From Eimeria praecox (taxonomy: Eukaryota): DNA of 64,000 nt. Of this stretch, positions 14,911 to 39,751 are shown piece by piece (position 1 is the first letter of the stretch; the number at the start of each line of letters is the position of its first letter). The notes below the pieces were generated by a model. The model was not told where the DNA came from, did not search any database, and worked only from the letters and a program-made list of their open reading frames with translations. The stretch is taken from positions 4,464,001 through 4,528,000 of the forward strand of contig OY986946.1 in assembly GCA_963920595.1 (NCBI GenBank), in the 5' to 3' direction. Position numbers and translations under genes: made by a program.

Positions 14911-15317
14911 GCTGATGTGTGTCTAGCTTTATAAGTAGAAGAGAGGGGAGGAGACAGTTAGTAGTCCCTGATGATGTGAGAGAGAGAGGGAGAGAGAGAC
15001 AGAAGACAGGAGGAGAGAGAGCGGCCTTGAGGGCCTCCGTTCAGGGATCTACTCCCTCTTGTTGGGATCGTCTCCCCTGGGATCGTCTCCCGTGGGGTCG
15101 TCTCCCCCGGGATCGATCCTAAAGCACTTTCGATCTCTTCTTGTCTCTCCCTCTCTCTCTCTCTCTCTGTCTCCCTTGTCTGTAGAATGTAGTAAAGAGA
15201 AGAAGAGAAAGATAAGAATAATTATGTTTATAATTATGAGAGTAGAATAAAATATATTATAAATAAATTAAATTAAATATAAATACTAGAAAACAGACAA
15301 GAAGACCCTGTGGATCC

Positions 15318-15353
<36 letters not shown>

Positions 15354-15356
15354 GCC

Positions 15357-15403
<47 letters not shown>

Positions 15404-15571
15404 AGGGTAGGCTGAGGCGTCTGTCTGTACACAGCAAGAAAAGCAAATAAAATTTAAATATAGAAAAATAAAATAAAATATTTTTTATTTATTTAGAGAG
15501 TGTCTGCTGCTGTGTTTGGAGCTGTGAGGCCTTCAGCAGACTCCAGCAGCCCTCTTCATCGCTGCTGCCGC

Positions 15572-15604
<33 letters not shown>

Positions 15605-16315
15605 AGATGTAGCAACAGCAGCAGCAGCAGCAGCAGCAGGAGCAGCAGCAGCAGCAGCGCTTCGCGTACTATAGAAACAAAGATCGCAGCGGAGAGATTG
15701 ATGAAGAAGCTCAAGCAGCAGCAACAAACAGCAACACAACTAATCTTGTAGCTCTGCTGCTGAGGTGTATATACACCTCAGCAGGGGCCCCCTGCATGCG
15801 CCGAATTCTCTTCTTCTAAAGATATATATATATTATTCTTGCGTTTGGTGAGAGTATATATTCTCCTTATGCCACACAAACAACCCCACAGCTGTCGTAA
15901 GCACCTCAAGGACCTGTGCTGCTGCTGCAAGCACAGCAGCAGCAACAACAGCTGCAGCTGCAGCAGCAGCAGCAACAGCAGCAGCAACAGCAGCATCTGT
16001 TGCTGCAGCAGCGCCCGAAGCAACAACAGCAGCTGCAGCAGCAGCTGATGCAACAGCAGCAGCAGCAGCTGTTGCAAACATTGCTGCTGCTGCAGCGGAA
16101 CGGTGGTGCTGCTAGCTGAGACCAGGCCCCCGTTGAGGTGTATGTACAGCTCCGTGGAGGGGGGGGTGTGGGGCCGCTACATCGCAATGAAGACCTCTGT
16201 TTTGTTTGTATTCTAGGGTGTATATACACCCCGTAGGCTTGTGAGCATATGTTAAGTGCTGTATGCATTCGTTCGTTTCATATTCATAGCACGTAGCCGT
16301 CAGCCCTTGTTGAAG

Positions 16316-28090
<11,775 letters not shown>

Positions 28091-31000
28091 CAGTTTAAGT
28101 CTGTGGGCCTCCGGCGTTGACAGCAGAGGCATATGAACCCAAGGCTAATATATAAAAAAACAGACAGAGACAAACATAGAAGAATGTCTTCTGTGAAGCC
28201 CCTACAACGTGGTGGGCTGCGGCCTTTGGCCCTCACCCCGCCCTTGTCAACCGAAGGGACGGGTTTGCAGGTTGTCTTCCTACCTGTGAGGTGGAGAGAC
28301 ACCACAAAAAGCAATCTGCACCGGCTGCTCGCTTCCAAGGTGCTTCTGGGGATGTGTAGGGAGGAGAGGACAGAGGGCCAACTCGCGTTAAAGGGACCTT
28401 AGGCTGTGCTGGGGAGGGCAGTCTCTGCCTTCGCCCAGTGCATGCAAGCTGCAGGCTGCGGACACAACTATGGGGCTTGCATGCATGCATGCATGCATGC
28501 ATGCATGCCCGAGGAGCCGCAGGGTGTGGAGCGGCTCCTCTGTGCTGGGCCAGCGAGCCAGCGATCTGCCTCTATGGAGGGCAGACCTGTTGACACACTG
28601 CAGACGCAGCGACGAGCTCAGCCAGGCAGAATAGCCTTAGGGCTAGCGGTAGCTAGCCACATCAGTCCGCTTATAGCTAGGCGGCAAAGTGTGGGGCGGT
28701 GAGGGGGAAGGCCTTCATGTAATCGCTAAAGCGAGAAAGGAAGGCTCTTAACCCCGCTACTGCTTGTACAGTTCTCTGTGAACTTCGTGCTTGGGGAGCG
28801 CTGCCTGTAGCTCGTATGCGCTCGAAGAGTGTTCAGGTGGAGTGTATATACAGCGCACTCGCACGGGAGCACCTTTAGACATTGCTCATAACACAACTGG
28901 GAGACGAAAGGCCTAGCAGGAGTTCTCTGCTAAACAGCCTTCTGCCATATCGTCTGCTCCCCTCCTTTTGTGCAGACTTGGTAGATCCCTTAGTGGCAAT
29001 GGCTTGGCGGCGGGAAGGGTGAAACCCGACCGGCCGCTGAGGTGTATAGACAGTGTAGCCCCGTGTGTACGTACTGCACGCAGCATGTGCATAGATACAC
29101 CATGGAGGGCTACCTTCGCCGGGGAAGGAACGGAGCAAAGAGCACCGCATAGAAATGACAGGGTACAGGGAAGGAGACAGAAGAGTGATAGCGTACATAG
29201 AGATACTGCTTAAGCTTTACGGGGGAGGCGCTGGAGCGGGCGCTTAGTTGCCCTCTCGGTAGTCACCGTCTGACTAGCTATGCACAGCATTGACTGGCTC
29301 TTTCTTTCCAGAGCGGCAGAGTGCGCTGACAACGATCAGGATTGAGAAAATGTGGGGGTGTTGTCCTTCTCTCATGTTGAGCCGGAGCTGTTATGTTGCT
29401 TCGCCAGTGTCTCCTAGCTAATTCAAACTATCTAGACAGCTAGCTCTTTCAAATGAACGAAGGTATCCTGGTTATCAGGCTCTGCTGATGAGCAGGATAA
29501 CTTCGTCCGAGTATTAGAATGTGAACAGCTGGATGCTAGCACATCGTGTTCTGCAACTTTGCGGGCAGTGCATGCAAAAGAGCGTTGGGCTTTAGCAGAG
29601 GTTCATTACGACGTAAGCGCCACAGAAGCCTGGGCTAGTGTGGAGAGGAGGCGGCGAGTGTGAGTTGAAGAGGGTCTTGCTGCAATACCCACTATGAAGC
29701 AACCCTCACGTCAAAGTATATCCAAAGCCCCTCCTGATGTATGCACTAACGCCGAAAGAAGTTGTTCTATTACATTTCGTTGACCTCAGCAATAACACTG
29801 CAACCAAGTAAGAAGACGTATCGACTTCAGACAGTAAGTGCTACCACTGTCGAACTCTCGTTCTCAGTAAACATGTCCTAACACGCCTTCATGTGCCTAG
29901 GAGCCCACCAAAGAGTGGGGAAGCCATAAGAAGGGCTCCTCTCCCGCTTGTTGCCGAGAAGAAGAAGAAGCAACTCAGTAATCTTCCCACGGTTCACGCT
30001 GTCCTCGCTGATGCTGAGTCTGAGCTTCTTGTAAACCTCGAACGAGGCTGGAGAGAAGGACTGCAGACGTCCTATGAGGATATTTCAAGACATTCGTAAC
30101 ACACTGCAGCCCCTGCGGGCGATATCTGCATACTCGTTCATAGCGAGCCGGCGACGTGCGTGCACCTCGATGTTGTTGCATTTTTTCCAGGGACCAAGCG
30201 TGCAAACAACTCAGCTCAGTATTCCTCTTTAGCTTCTCCGGAACTGTGGTTGCCTCATTGCTTATCTCCTCCAGAGTGCCAAAGTTACATTATCCTATGA
30301 AGGTCTCCTTGTTCATCCGTTGATGATCTATTTCATCAAGCTGCTTAGTGCTAACATTGAAGGACGTCTCCTTGTTTATTATTTATGGGGCAGGGGAGCT
30401 TTTGTTGTTGCTGGATGGCCTCCCCATCAGCTGAAGTAGCAGCATCAATTTTGCTTTCTGCCGCGGGGTTCCTCTTCAAACATTGCTGGAGGTATTCTCT
30501 TGCCTCATCATCAGCAATTCTCTCCACTTCCTTCTCTTGGAGCTGGCCCACTACTTGGCTGTTTCTCGCTATCTGCTGCTGCTGCAGGTGCTGTTGACTG
30601 GAGCAACTGCGCCGCTGCGTACATGCTGCTTCCTCAATATGCATAGGCCGCGCATAGAAACACCCTGGCGCAGCGCTAGCAGCTCCTGCCCCTGCTAGTC
30701 CTTGTTGTGGCTGATTCTGTGGTTGCTGATCCCTTCGGTGCTACCTCAGCTGCAGCTATTGGTAGTGATGTTGCTGTAGCAAATGACGGCTTCGTCCCTG
30801 TTTGTTGCAAGCTACCATTCTCTCGATGCCGGAGCAGAAGGCAATCCCTGCAGTACTCAGTGGCCCCTTAAGTTAAGAGACCAGTGAAAATGAATAATAA
30901 AATACCTTAAAGATCCAAGCGGATCCCGAGGGATAAAGGCGTGGCGCTGCGGCAGCAGCTGTCGCTTTGCGCTTCCCCCGCATATACTAGATACACTTAG

Positions 31001-31319
31001 TTTGCAGCAGCTGCAGCTGCTGCAGCAGACCTGAGATACGAAGCCGCCCACTGGCACTAGCAGCTCATTCGTATAAGTGCAGGTTGCAAAAGCGCCGCAA
31101 CAGCAATAGCGGCTGTTGCTGCAGAAGCACCTTATTCGTAGAACTAGTTACCGTTACTGCTGGCGCAGCAGACAAACAATATTCCACGGCAGGAGAAGTG
31201 CAACGTTCCTGTCTGCTGATTAATCTATCCCTATTCTGGAAAGTACTCGGGACAGCGTTCTAGCAGCTGCTGCACTCTGCGAATTATCTTTTTATCAAAA
31301 CCACACTCCCCGGGCTTCA

Positions 31320-32230
31320 AATGGAGCCCGGGCTGTGTCGTTTTGCATCCTGAGTGGAAACCCACTCAGGGTGGCATTATCCTCGCCACTAAAGCAGTAT
31401 TCTAGTTTTCTCTAACTTCTGTGGATCGATGCACGTGTATTCAGGGCCCCAGCCTCCTCCAGTTGCTCCTCGTCGCTGCAACGTGTCTGCCGTTGTGTAC
31501 TGGGAGTTCGGGGGGATTTCGGTGATTCCCTGAGCCTTTTGTGGAAACCAGCATTGATACTATGGTGGCTCCAAGTTGAGGGTAAGTCTGTTAAGTAGGC
31601 CAACCAGTTAAACCGGGAGCGAAGAGCAAAAGGCTCCACCCAATTCACAGCGAACTTCGTTGGCTGCCCGCCCTATCGCTCGCTCCAGATGGCATACGAC
31701 TCCAAAGAACGCCGTAGGTTCTGATCATACATAGAGAGACGCAAATACTGCGCAAGCGTGCTGTTTCTGCTTTCTGTTCGACGGTTTCCATCCAAATGAT
31801 TCGCGGTGGTCATGTTAGGTTCCCTGCTGGCCCGCTTCATGAAATCTCGCCAGAAATAGCTAACGAACTTCGGTTCCCTGCCAGCTACGATGCGCTGCAG
31901 ATAACTATCCAGCATTCAGACTTGGTTAATGGATAATGCGCTCTCCTTCTGCTGTAATTGAACCCGAGTCGTGTATGGAAATGTGGGTTATATCCACCGG
32001 ATGGGATAGCAGCCTCTACCTGCTGGTGAACTCACTATAAAATCCATTGAGAGATTCTTCTGCACCCGTTTCGAGAATGAACTGGTCTTCAGTAGTGAAC
32101 CTTTGAGAGTGTTATGGGGCTTCTGCTGCTGGTATTCTGGGCAAGTAAAGACATACTTGTCATTGGGGGGGCACATGCATGGCCACCAAAAGGACGTAGC
32201 AAGCCGCTCCATCGTTGTGTTGACACCTTC
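31320..32230 (-). mobile_element. Degenerate Ty3/gypsy (chromovirus-type) LTR-retrotransposon pol remnant: integrase zinc finger, core, GPY/F region and chromodomain
   Basis: Collinear broken fragments: RLATSFWWPCM...KYVFTCPEYQQQKPHN...LSMDFI (zinc finger to SMDF); IVAGREPKFVSYFW...MTTANHLDGNRRTESRNSTLAQYLR (cf. IVSDRDPRFTSxFW...STAxHPQTDGQTERxNxTLEQYLR); WVEPF...AYLTDLP (GPY/F); KLEY..WRG*...PEWVS (chromodomain). Stops and frameshifts throughout. Confidence 0.85.
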
Positions 32231-35200
32231 ATTATCCGCTAATCTACGACTGTTCCTTCACGATTCCATTTGATTAAGACGAGCTATCCGTGCTTTGCAG
32301 TCTCTTCTGCAGATTTTAGCTGCGACTTGCCTAGTGCGTTGACACTACGGAACTCATTCCCGTCTACTTTCGCTCTGCTTCCCTTTTTCTTTATTTCTTC
32401 TTTGGTTTTTTCCTTGCTCACTTCTGGTTTATTTAGCTCTCGTTCGCTACATTGGGTTTTCAGTTCTGCTTTCATGCGTCTTGGCACGCGGCAAGGCATC
32501 ATACGCTTTAGGGCGCTGCGTGAACTGAAGCCTGGAGAGAAATTGAATAACTACACCCTTATTCCCTAAATTCCAGTATACGAACAGCTTTCCTTCTTCA
32601 ATGGCTCTACCTAGCTATCTACTTGCTAAATAGCACCTTTCGCTCAGTCTACGAGGCATAGGACATGCAACTGAGTAAGATTGCAGCTTCGCTGTGGCCA
32701 TTACAACGACCATCAGCTGATCTTCCTTCTGAGGGTCACAGGGAACCTGCAAGCAGCTGATCGAAAGGAGGAAGCAACTGCTTGATAGATCTTAAGGAGG
32801 CAATGGCTGCAGGAAGCAAAGCTTGGAACAGCTGCAACTGAAAGCCAGGGTATGGTAAGCGAGGCAGCAACGGCTGCCGTTTGAGGCTAAGCTAAAGCAT
32901 CAGCTTGCTTAATGGAATGGAGGCTCTAGCGAATTTTTGAGACTGCGGGATATGGAAGCTTCTATTAGGGGTTAAGTTCGGGCCTTGGGGATAAGAGGGA
33001 CGGTAGCGTTGCTAGAGAGCCATCCGAGAGTGCAGGCCCTGGTGCAGTGTTTCAACGAACAAAACCGCACCTTCGTCTACTGCTGAAACCTTTCTTGCCA
33101 ACGCTGCTGCTGCAGGTCTGTATCAAGTTACCCACGCGCGCAGCAAAAACGACACAAGCTGCAGCTGCTGAGACAGTTGCCACATCCTGAAGCGAGGAAC
33201 CCAAAGCTGACGCGCCGTATAATCTCTTTAAACTCAGAAAACCTCTACGAACTAAAATAAATACAACTAGCTCTCCATGGTAGCAAAATTCAAAGGCAGA
33301 CCACTAGATTAGACAGGCGAAAGGGAGAGAAGAAGACACAATAAAACCAAAGAAACGAAGTGAGACAGAGGCAGACAGTGGAGGAGAGTGGAAGGGATAA
33401 GAAGGGGGGAAAGAAGCCAAACGGAAGCATAGAGACACACCAGCCGCCTGTCTAGCTTCAGATCTTCTCATTTTCTTGTAACACGGATCTCAGAGAAAAC
33501 TCCTCTATTACCTGCTCTTCCATAGGCCAGGTTCCCGCAGCAGCCTCCGTTCTTGGTCTTGCTGCTCCTGTTGCTCACTCTCATCAAGCTGGTTTTGCCG
33601 GTGCAGCTGTGGGATCCACAACCCAACAACAGAGGCTCGTGGTGACTGCCCATAGATGCCAGTTCCTCAAGGCCTGCTGCATCGCAGCAAACAACATGCA
33701 TGCTGCTGCTGGGCTAGTGCTGCTGAGATTGAGAAGCAAAGTCTGCGGTACTGTCCTACATCAAGGAGCATCAAGTAGGAGATGCAGCAGCTAAAAGGGG
33801 ACTGCCGTGCATCTTTTGGCACTCTGAGTAAGGTGGTGCTGCCCTGCCTTTAAGATACAGTTATAGCAGTGAGAATATCATGGTGTGGATATATGAAGCC
33901 AACAGCAGCAAGGGCAATGGGTTTGCCGATTACGAAAGCGAGGCTCCTGCATGCAACACAATCTAGAGTAGTAACATGCTGTTAAGCCCCAAGACAGAGC
34001 ATGCAGGTTCTTTTGTCGCGCGGTCAGAGAGGGAAACGCCGTACCGTATTGGTTTGAAAATGCCCACCTGAAGAACTTATCCCGTTCCTGGAAGGACGTT
34101 GGCGCCCTTCACTTTATCCTGAAGTTTCTTTGAGAGATCACAAGTCTGCCGGTTACGCAAAATTCGCAAGGCCATTTGCTATCCGTCTGCAGATTCGCTT
34201 AGAACCAGGAGGCCAACAAGCTTGACAAGCATTCAGCGATAAACTAATTAACTCCGAGGGCTTCACGCCAACCCCACCGATACCTGCTACAGCAGCATCC
34301 CTCTCGATGGAGGAGGGGGCGGGCAGATGTATCATGTTGTGTGCGAAGTTGACCCTCGTGTCTCTACTTACATGAAGGCTGGCTATGGAGGGCCAAGCAA
34401 GCATAAAACGGCTGTCTACACAACAATCTAGAAGGTTAGAGTATGCAGAAAAAGGATAGATTATGCATGCATGTGGGGTTGACTTGTAGCTCTAGTAGCA
34501 GCAAGGTGCGTTGCTACCCACAGCAAACCTTCCCATACCCCCACCTGCCCCATGCCCTTGGGCCGGTGTGTCAAGGCATTCAACCATCAAGAGAGAATAT
34601 AATCTGATATATCTTAAGGCTTTCTCTAAGCCTTTGATGCTAGTGCAGCTCGGTACGATCCTATGCTGGGATGGAGGGCTCCCTTATCTTAACGTACTCG
34701 CAGCTAGCAGGCTGACAGTGGAGGGCCAAGCAAATGTTTAAAGAATAACTACATAACAATATAAAAGGTTAGAACATGCCACAGAATGATTGTCTATAGA
34801 GTAGCAACATCCCCGAAAGTATAATAAAGAGGAATGTTTTTTTTTTTATTTGGGGAGGGTATAGGGTTCGTTACCTTGTATAATATATCTTTAGAATAGG
34901 AATTTTGTTATTTAAATTATACAATTATAATTAATTTAATATAATATCTACAATAAAATAAAGAAGATATCGAAAAAAGCCCCATTCATGCGAACGATCA
35001 GCCCTGTCTAGGAGGCAGCACCGGTAGCGTCTATACACCCCGACTGTGTTTGAATCGGGTTGGGGTTATTGGTAGGTTGTATTGTTGTGTTTGTTGGTTG
35101 TTATATTGTTATTTGTTTGTTGTTATTGTTGTTTTTAATTGCTGATCTATATAGTGTATAGTATATCCATTTAAAATAGCTTCAAGATCCGCCATAATAG

Positions 35201-35385
35201 GGGGGCCTTCTCTGTAGGGCTCTCCCTCTTTCCTGTTTCAATATGCATTCGTTCTTGTATAATGGTGATGCAGCAGTTTGGAGAAATCGAAGAAAACACA
35301 AATACTGGCAGCGTCTTATTCTCACTTGAGAGGCGTTTGCATTGTTTGTCTTCTTCGCAGCGATAGATAGATATCTTCTCTGTAG

Positions 35386-35464
<79 letters not shown>

Positions 35465-35674
35465 TACTTCATTATATGTATGGTTGTTGCTGTCTGATTA
35501 TTCCTTATTAAACATACATACATACATAACATATAGAACAATCTAAATACAAATTGAGGAACCTCAGATGAATCCATTAAGAGTATAAAATTAATTCAAT
35601 TATCCTTTTTATTATATTTTAGGATTTTTTTATTCTTTCTTTTATTCTATCAATTTTATTGAAATACAATAAAA

Positions 35675-35816
35675 ATGTTTTTCGTGGCTGAGAGATTCTT
35701 CTCTGTTATTTGGCTGCTGAACGATGATAATCCCGATATGTCTATGCTTGATCTAATATGTAGCAGGGCTCCAAATATTAAGAGACGACAGCAGCAGCAC
35801 ACAACAGCCCCGCGGA

Positions 35817-35853
<37 letters not shown>

Positions 35854-36505
35854 AGATGGAGGGGAAGAGGAAGAAGAGGAGGAGGATGACGAGGACGCCC
35901 CCGACGGTGGGATCTCAGACAGCATCAGCAGCAGCAGCAGCAACCTTAACAGCCCCAAATATACAACTGCTAGCAGCAGCATATATTCGAATAGCGATTC
36001 TAGCAGTCTGTCTTTCTCTCCCAAGAGATACGATGCTCTAGAACCCACAAGTGCTGCTGCAGCTCGCCTGCAGGTACAGCAGCACAGGGAGCCGCTGCTC
36101 TCCTGTCCCCCTCCAGATCCGGGGTTGATGCCTTTGATTGACTTGCCCCCGCCAGTAACAAGTAGCTGCAACAGTCTAGCAGCAGCAGCAGCTGCTGCTG
36201 CTGCTGCTGCAGATGCAGCAGCCCGTGCTGCAGCACTACGACATTGCCGCTCAGCAGAGGGCCCTATGCTCTCTTCTTCAAAGCCATCGTTTCTCTCTGT
36301 CTCCCCTAACGATTCGAGTATAAGAGGAAAGAGCTATGTAGATACAGCAGGGCTTACTGCAGCAGACAGCAGACAGCGGCCTGCTGCTGCTGCAGCAGCA
36401 GCAGCAGCAGCATTGGGGTTTGTCTACTTTGATGAGATCAACGGGTTTAAAGGGACGTCCTCAAAATTTCGATCCCAGCCACAACACCAGCAACACCAGC
36501 AACAC

Positions 36506-36543
<38 letters not shown>

Positions 36544-36913
36544 GCTGCAGCAGCAGCAGCAAATGCAGCAGCAGCGTCAGATGGCCCAGGGCCCCGAATT
36601 CGCTGCACAGAGACGGAGAGTAAAGAGACACACACAACCTCCTCTTCAAGCAGGCATGCAGCCGCAGCAGAAGCTGCAGCAGCAAGCCCCGGTGCTTATG
36701 CTGCAGCGAGACAGCTTACCACAGCAGCAGCAGCAGCAACAGCAGCAACAGCAGCAACAGCAGCAACAGCAGCAGCAGCAGACAGTAAATCATGGGATTC
36801 GCTGCAGGTCTCAAGGAAGCCTTGGACGGGCTCCAGAGCTGCCGCGGCAGCACTGGCAGCTGCAGCTGCAGGGACAGCTGACTCCTTGGCAGCAACAACA
36901 GCAGCAGCAGCAA

Positions 36914-36944
<31 letters not shown>

Positions 36945-37703
36945 TGCAGCAAGAGGAGCAGCAGCAGCAGCAACAGCAACAGCAGCAGCAATTACGATCG
37001 CATAGTATATTAAATCGCAAGAACTCCTTCCCCTTCAGTAGATCTGGGTCTTTCTGTGAGCGCTCGTTTCATACAGCAGCAGCAACAGCAGCAGCAGCAA
37101 CAGCAGCAGCAGCAACAGATGCATGCGGACTGTTGTCTGAAGCAGCAGCAGCCACTGCAGCAACAACAGCAGCGTGCCGTCACGCTGCTCTCAGCCGCAG
37201 TTGCTCTCGATTAGATAGTGAGCGTGGGCTGCTGCGGTGGAGTAGTAGTTTAGGTACATCGCAGCATACAAGCTGCAGCGCCTACACCAACAACAACAGC
37301 AACAACAGCAACAGCAGCAGCAGCTGCTGCAGCAGCTGCTTCAGCTGCTGCAGCAGCTGCAGCAACAAACAACCAACATTCCCTAGAAGCAGCAGCCCCG
37401 GTGTATATGATCGACATCGGCCTGGCTCTTATATGCAGCGCCGCAGGTACTCGACTGTGTGCTGGCCTGTAGACAGGGCAGCCGCAGCAGCAGCAGCAGC
37501 AGCAGCAGCAAGGACTGCTGCTGCAGTGGGGGGACAGGCGCACCCTCCTGGCTGTTGCCGTGCTGCTGCAGCCTCGTGGTGGCGGCAGCAGCACGAAGAA
37601 GCAGCAGCAGCAGCTGCTGCAGCAGCCACTAAGGCTGCTGCAAAGGCAGCCTCAGACGTTCTGAGTCTGTATCGCTCTGCGGGGGCTAGCAGCAACGCTG
37701 CAG

Positions 37704-37738
<35 letters not shown>

Positions 37739-37914
37739 GCAGCAGCATCCGCAGTAGCAGAAGCAGCCGAGAGTACTCCTGCTTCTTCGGGTCCGCCAAC
37801 AGGGCTGGCGTTGTCGTGCCAGCATTACCTCCCTTACAGTCGGTCTTCCTCTCTGCATGCACTGCAACAGCAGCAGCAACAGCAGCAGCAGCAGCAGCAA
37901 CAGCACCAGCAGCA

Positions 37915-37946
<32 letters not shown>

Positions 37947-38239
37947 GGCAGCGGCAGCGTGCGTTTTCGAGCCGGCGTCTAGGAGATAATAAGACAGACT
38001 GGAGGGCTCTATCAAGCCCTAGTCTGTCTCCTTGTGCTGCAAGGAATAGGTCTCTGACAGCAGCAAATACGCGAGGGGCTTCACCTAATCATCATTTAGC
38101 TCTAGAGGGCAGTTCAACTAGCTGCAGCAGCAGCATACGGCGATGCTGCTGCTGCAGCAGCAACAACAACAGAAATACGGGGGTTAGTTGCATCGCAGAT
38201 GCATGCAGGGGAAGCCCACCCTTGCATCAATATCGATAG
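35675..38239 (+). CDS. Hypothetical low-complexity protein, single exon, 854 aa (poly-Q/A/S, probably disordered); start may be the Met at 35738
   Basis: A 2.56-kb uninterrupted ORF whose non-repeat stretches also stay open. It is flanked by AT-rich upstream sequence and by (ATATTT)n/(AGCT)n downstream. No domain recognised. Confidence 0.6.
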
Positions 38240-38837
38240 GCAGCCAGCCCCAAAGTAGAAGAGAGAGCCTTGCCTCTGCATGCATGCAGTAGCACTTGTT
38301 AGTAGTAGTAGTAGTAAATAAACGTGTATGAATCAATTGCATTTGTATTTATTTATATTTATATTTATATTTATATTTATATCTATATTTATATTTATAT
38401 TTATATTTATATTTATATATTCCGTAGCTTCGACTTGTCACGCTGTTGTTGCTTGTATGGCAGCAGCAGCTCCTGTAGGGATTGTCTAATGGCTAGCTAG
38501 CTAGCTAGCCAGCTAGCTAGCTAGCTAGCCAGCTAGCTAGCTAGCTGAGAGGCAATTACTGCCTAGGCTAGCCATCCGGGTAGCTAGCTATCTACCCAGC
38601 TAGCTAACTATCTACCCAGCTAGCTAACTATCTACCCAGCTAGCTGGCTAGCTACCCAGCTAGCTAGCTAGCTAGCTAGCTAGCTGTCTACGCTAGCCAG
38701 CGAAGTAGCTAGCCTTTCCTTTAATGACCGTCAAAGGCCTGGCATGCCGCCGCAATGCAGGTGCGGGTCTGCCGTATGGTCTTAGCAAATATCCGACTCA
38801 CGTTTCTGGCGGGGCCCCGCAAACCCTACGCAGTCCT

Positions 38838-38925
38838 TGCATGCATATGCATGCATGCATGCATGCATGCATGCGTATCCTTGCATGCATGCATGCAAGG
38901 ATATGCATGCAAGGATATGCATGCA
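38838..38925. promoter_or_regulatory. TGCATGCA octamer cluster (coccidian motif, ApiAP2-type site); others at ~25860, 28478-28508, 56625-56640, 57100
   Basis: Overlapping (TGCA)n runs. TGCATGCA is an established over-represented apicomplexan motif; function at these loci is not shown. Confidence 0.45.
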
Positions 38926-39294
38926 GGACTATCGGGTCTCAGGGTTTCAAAGCTTGGGGTTTGTCGTGTGCTGCCTCTTTTTGGTTAGCCTAGGGATAAC
39001 GGCAATTGTTTTTAGGTGTTGCTCTGCTGTGGCTGTCACCTTAAGAAAGCTTTAGCTTGAGGTGTACGTACACTGCAGATGCAACGCTGGCCCCCGCGGC
39101 TGGCTACAGTACGTGCTGTCTAGGTCTTCTGTCTCTTTGTGTCTGTGTCTCTGTGTCTCTACTTTGTTGTTCTTTCTTTTGAACAGAGAAAGATGCAGGA
39201 AGTTGTATCGGCAGATTATCCTCTAGAGAACAGCCGAAGATAGAAAAACATATTTAGGCCTGATGATTGCGGGCTGCCTCTCTCTCTCTCTCCC

Positions 39295-39336
<42 letters not shown>

Positions 39337-39655
39337 TCCCTCTCTCTCTATCTCTCTCTCTCCGTTTATCTTGTATATTGTATTCTTCTTCTTCTTCTTC
39401 GTAGTGGGGTTATAGGACAGATACAAGTTTAGGGTTTTATATGTTTAGGTTAATAATTGATTTCTTAGTTCTAGAGCAACTGCCCTCGAGGCATAAGCAG
39501 GCAGCTGCTTGTGTCTCCTATTAGAACGGGGTAGGAGGGGGTTTACTGGCTACAGCCGTATCTGGAGTCTCTTGTATTCTCTATAGGGGTGGAGGTATAG
39601 ATTCACACGCATTATCTCTCTCTCTCTCTCTCTCTCTCCCTCCCTCTCTCTCTCT

Positions 39656-39751
<96 letters not shown>

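Noticed and set aside
31349..31370. Hairpin CCTGAGTGG-AAAC-CCACTCAGG
   Set aside because: A 9-bp stem inside a decayed coding relic; compatible with chance.
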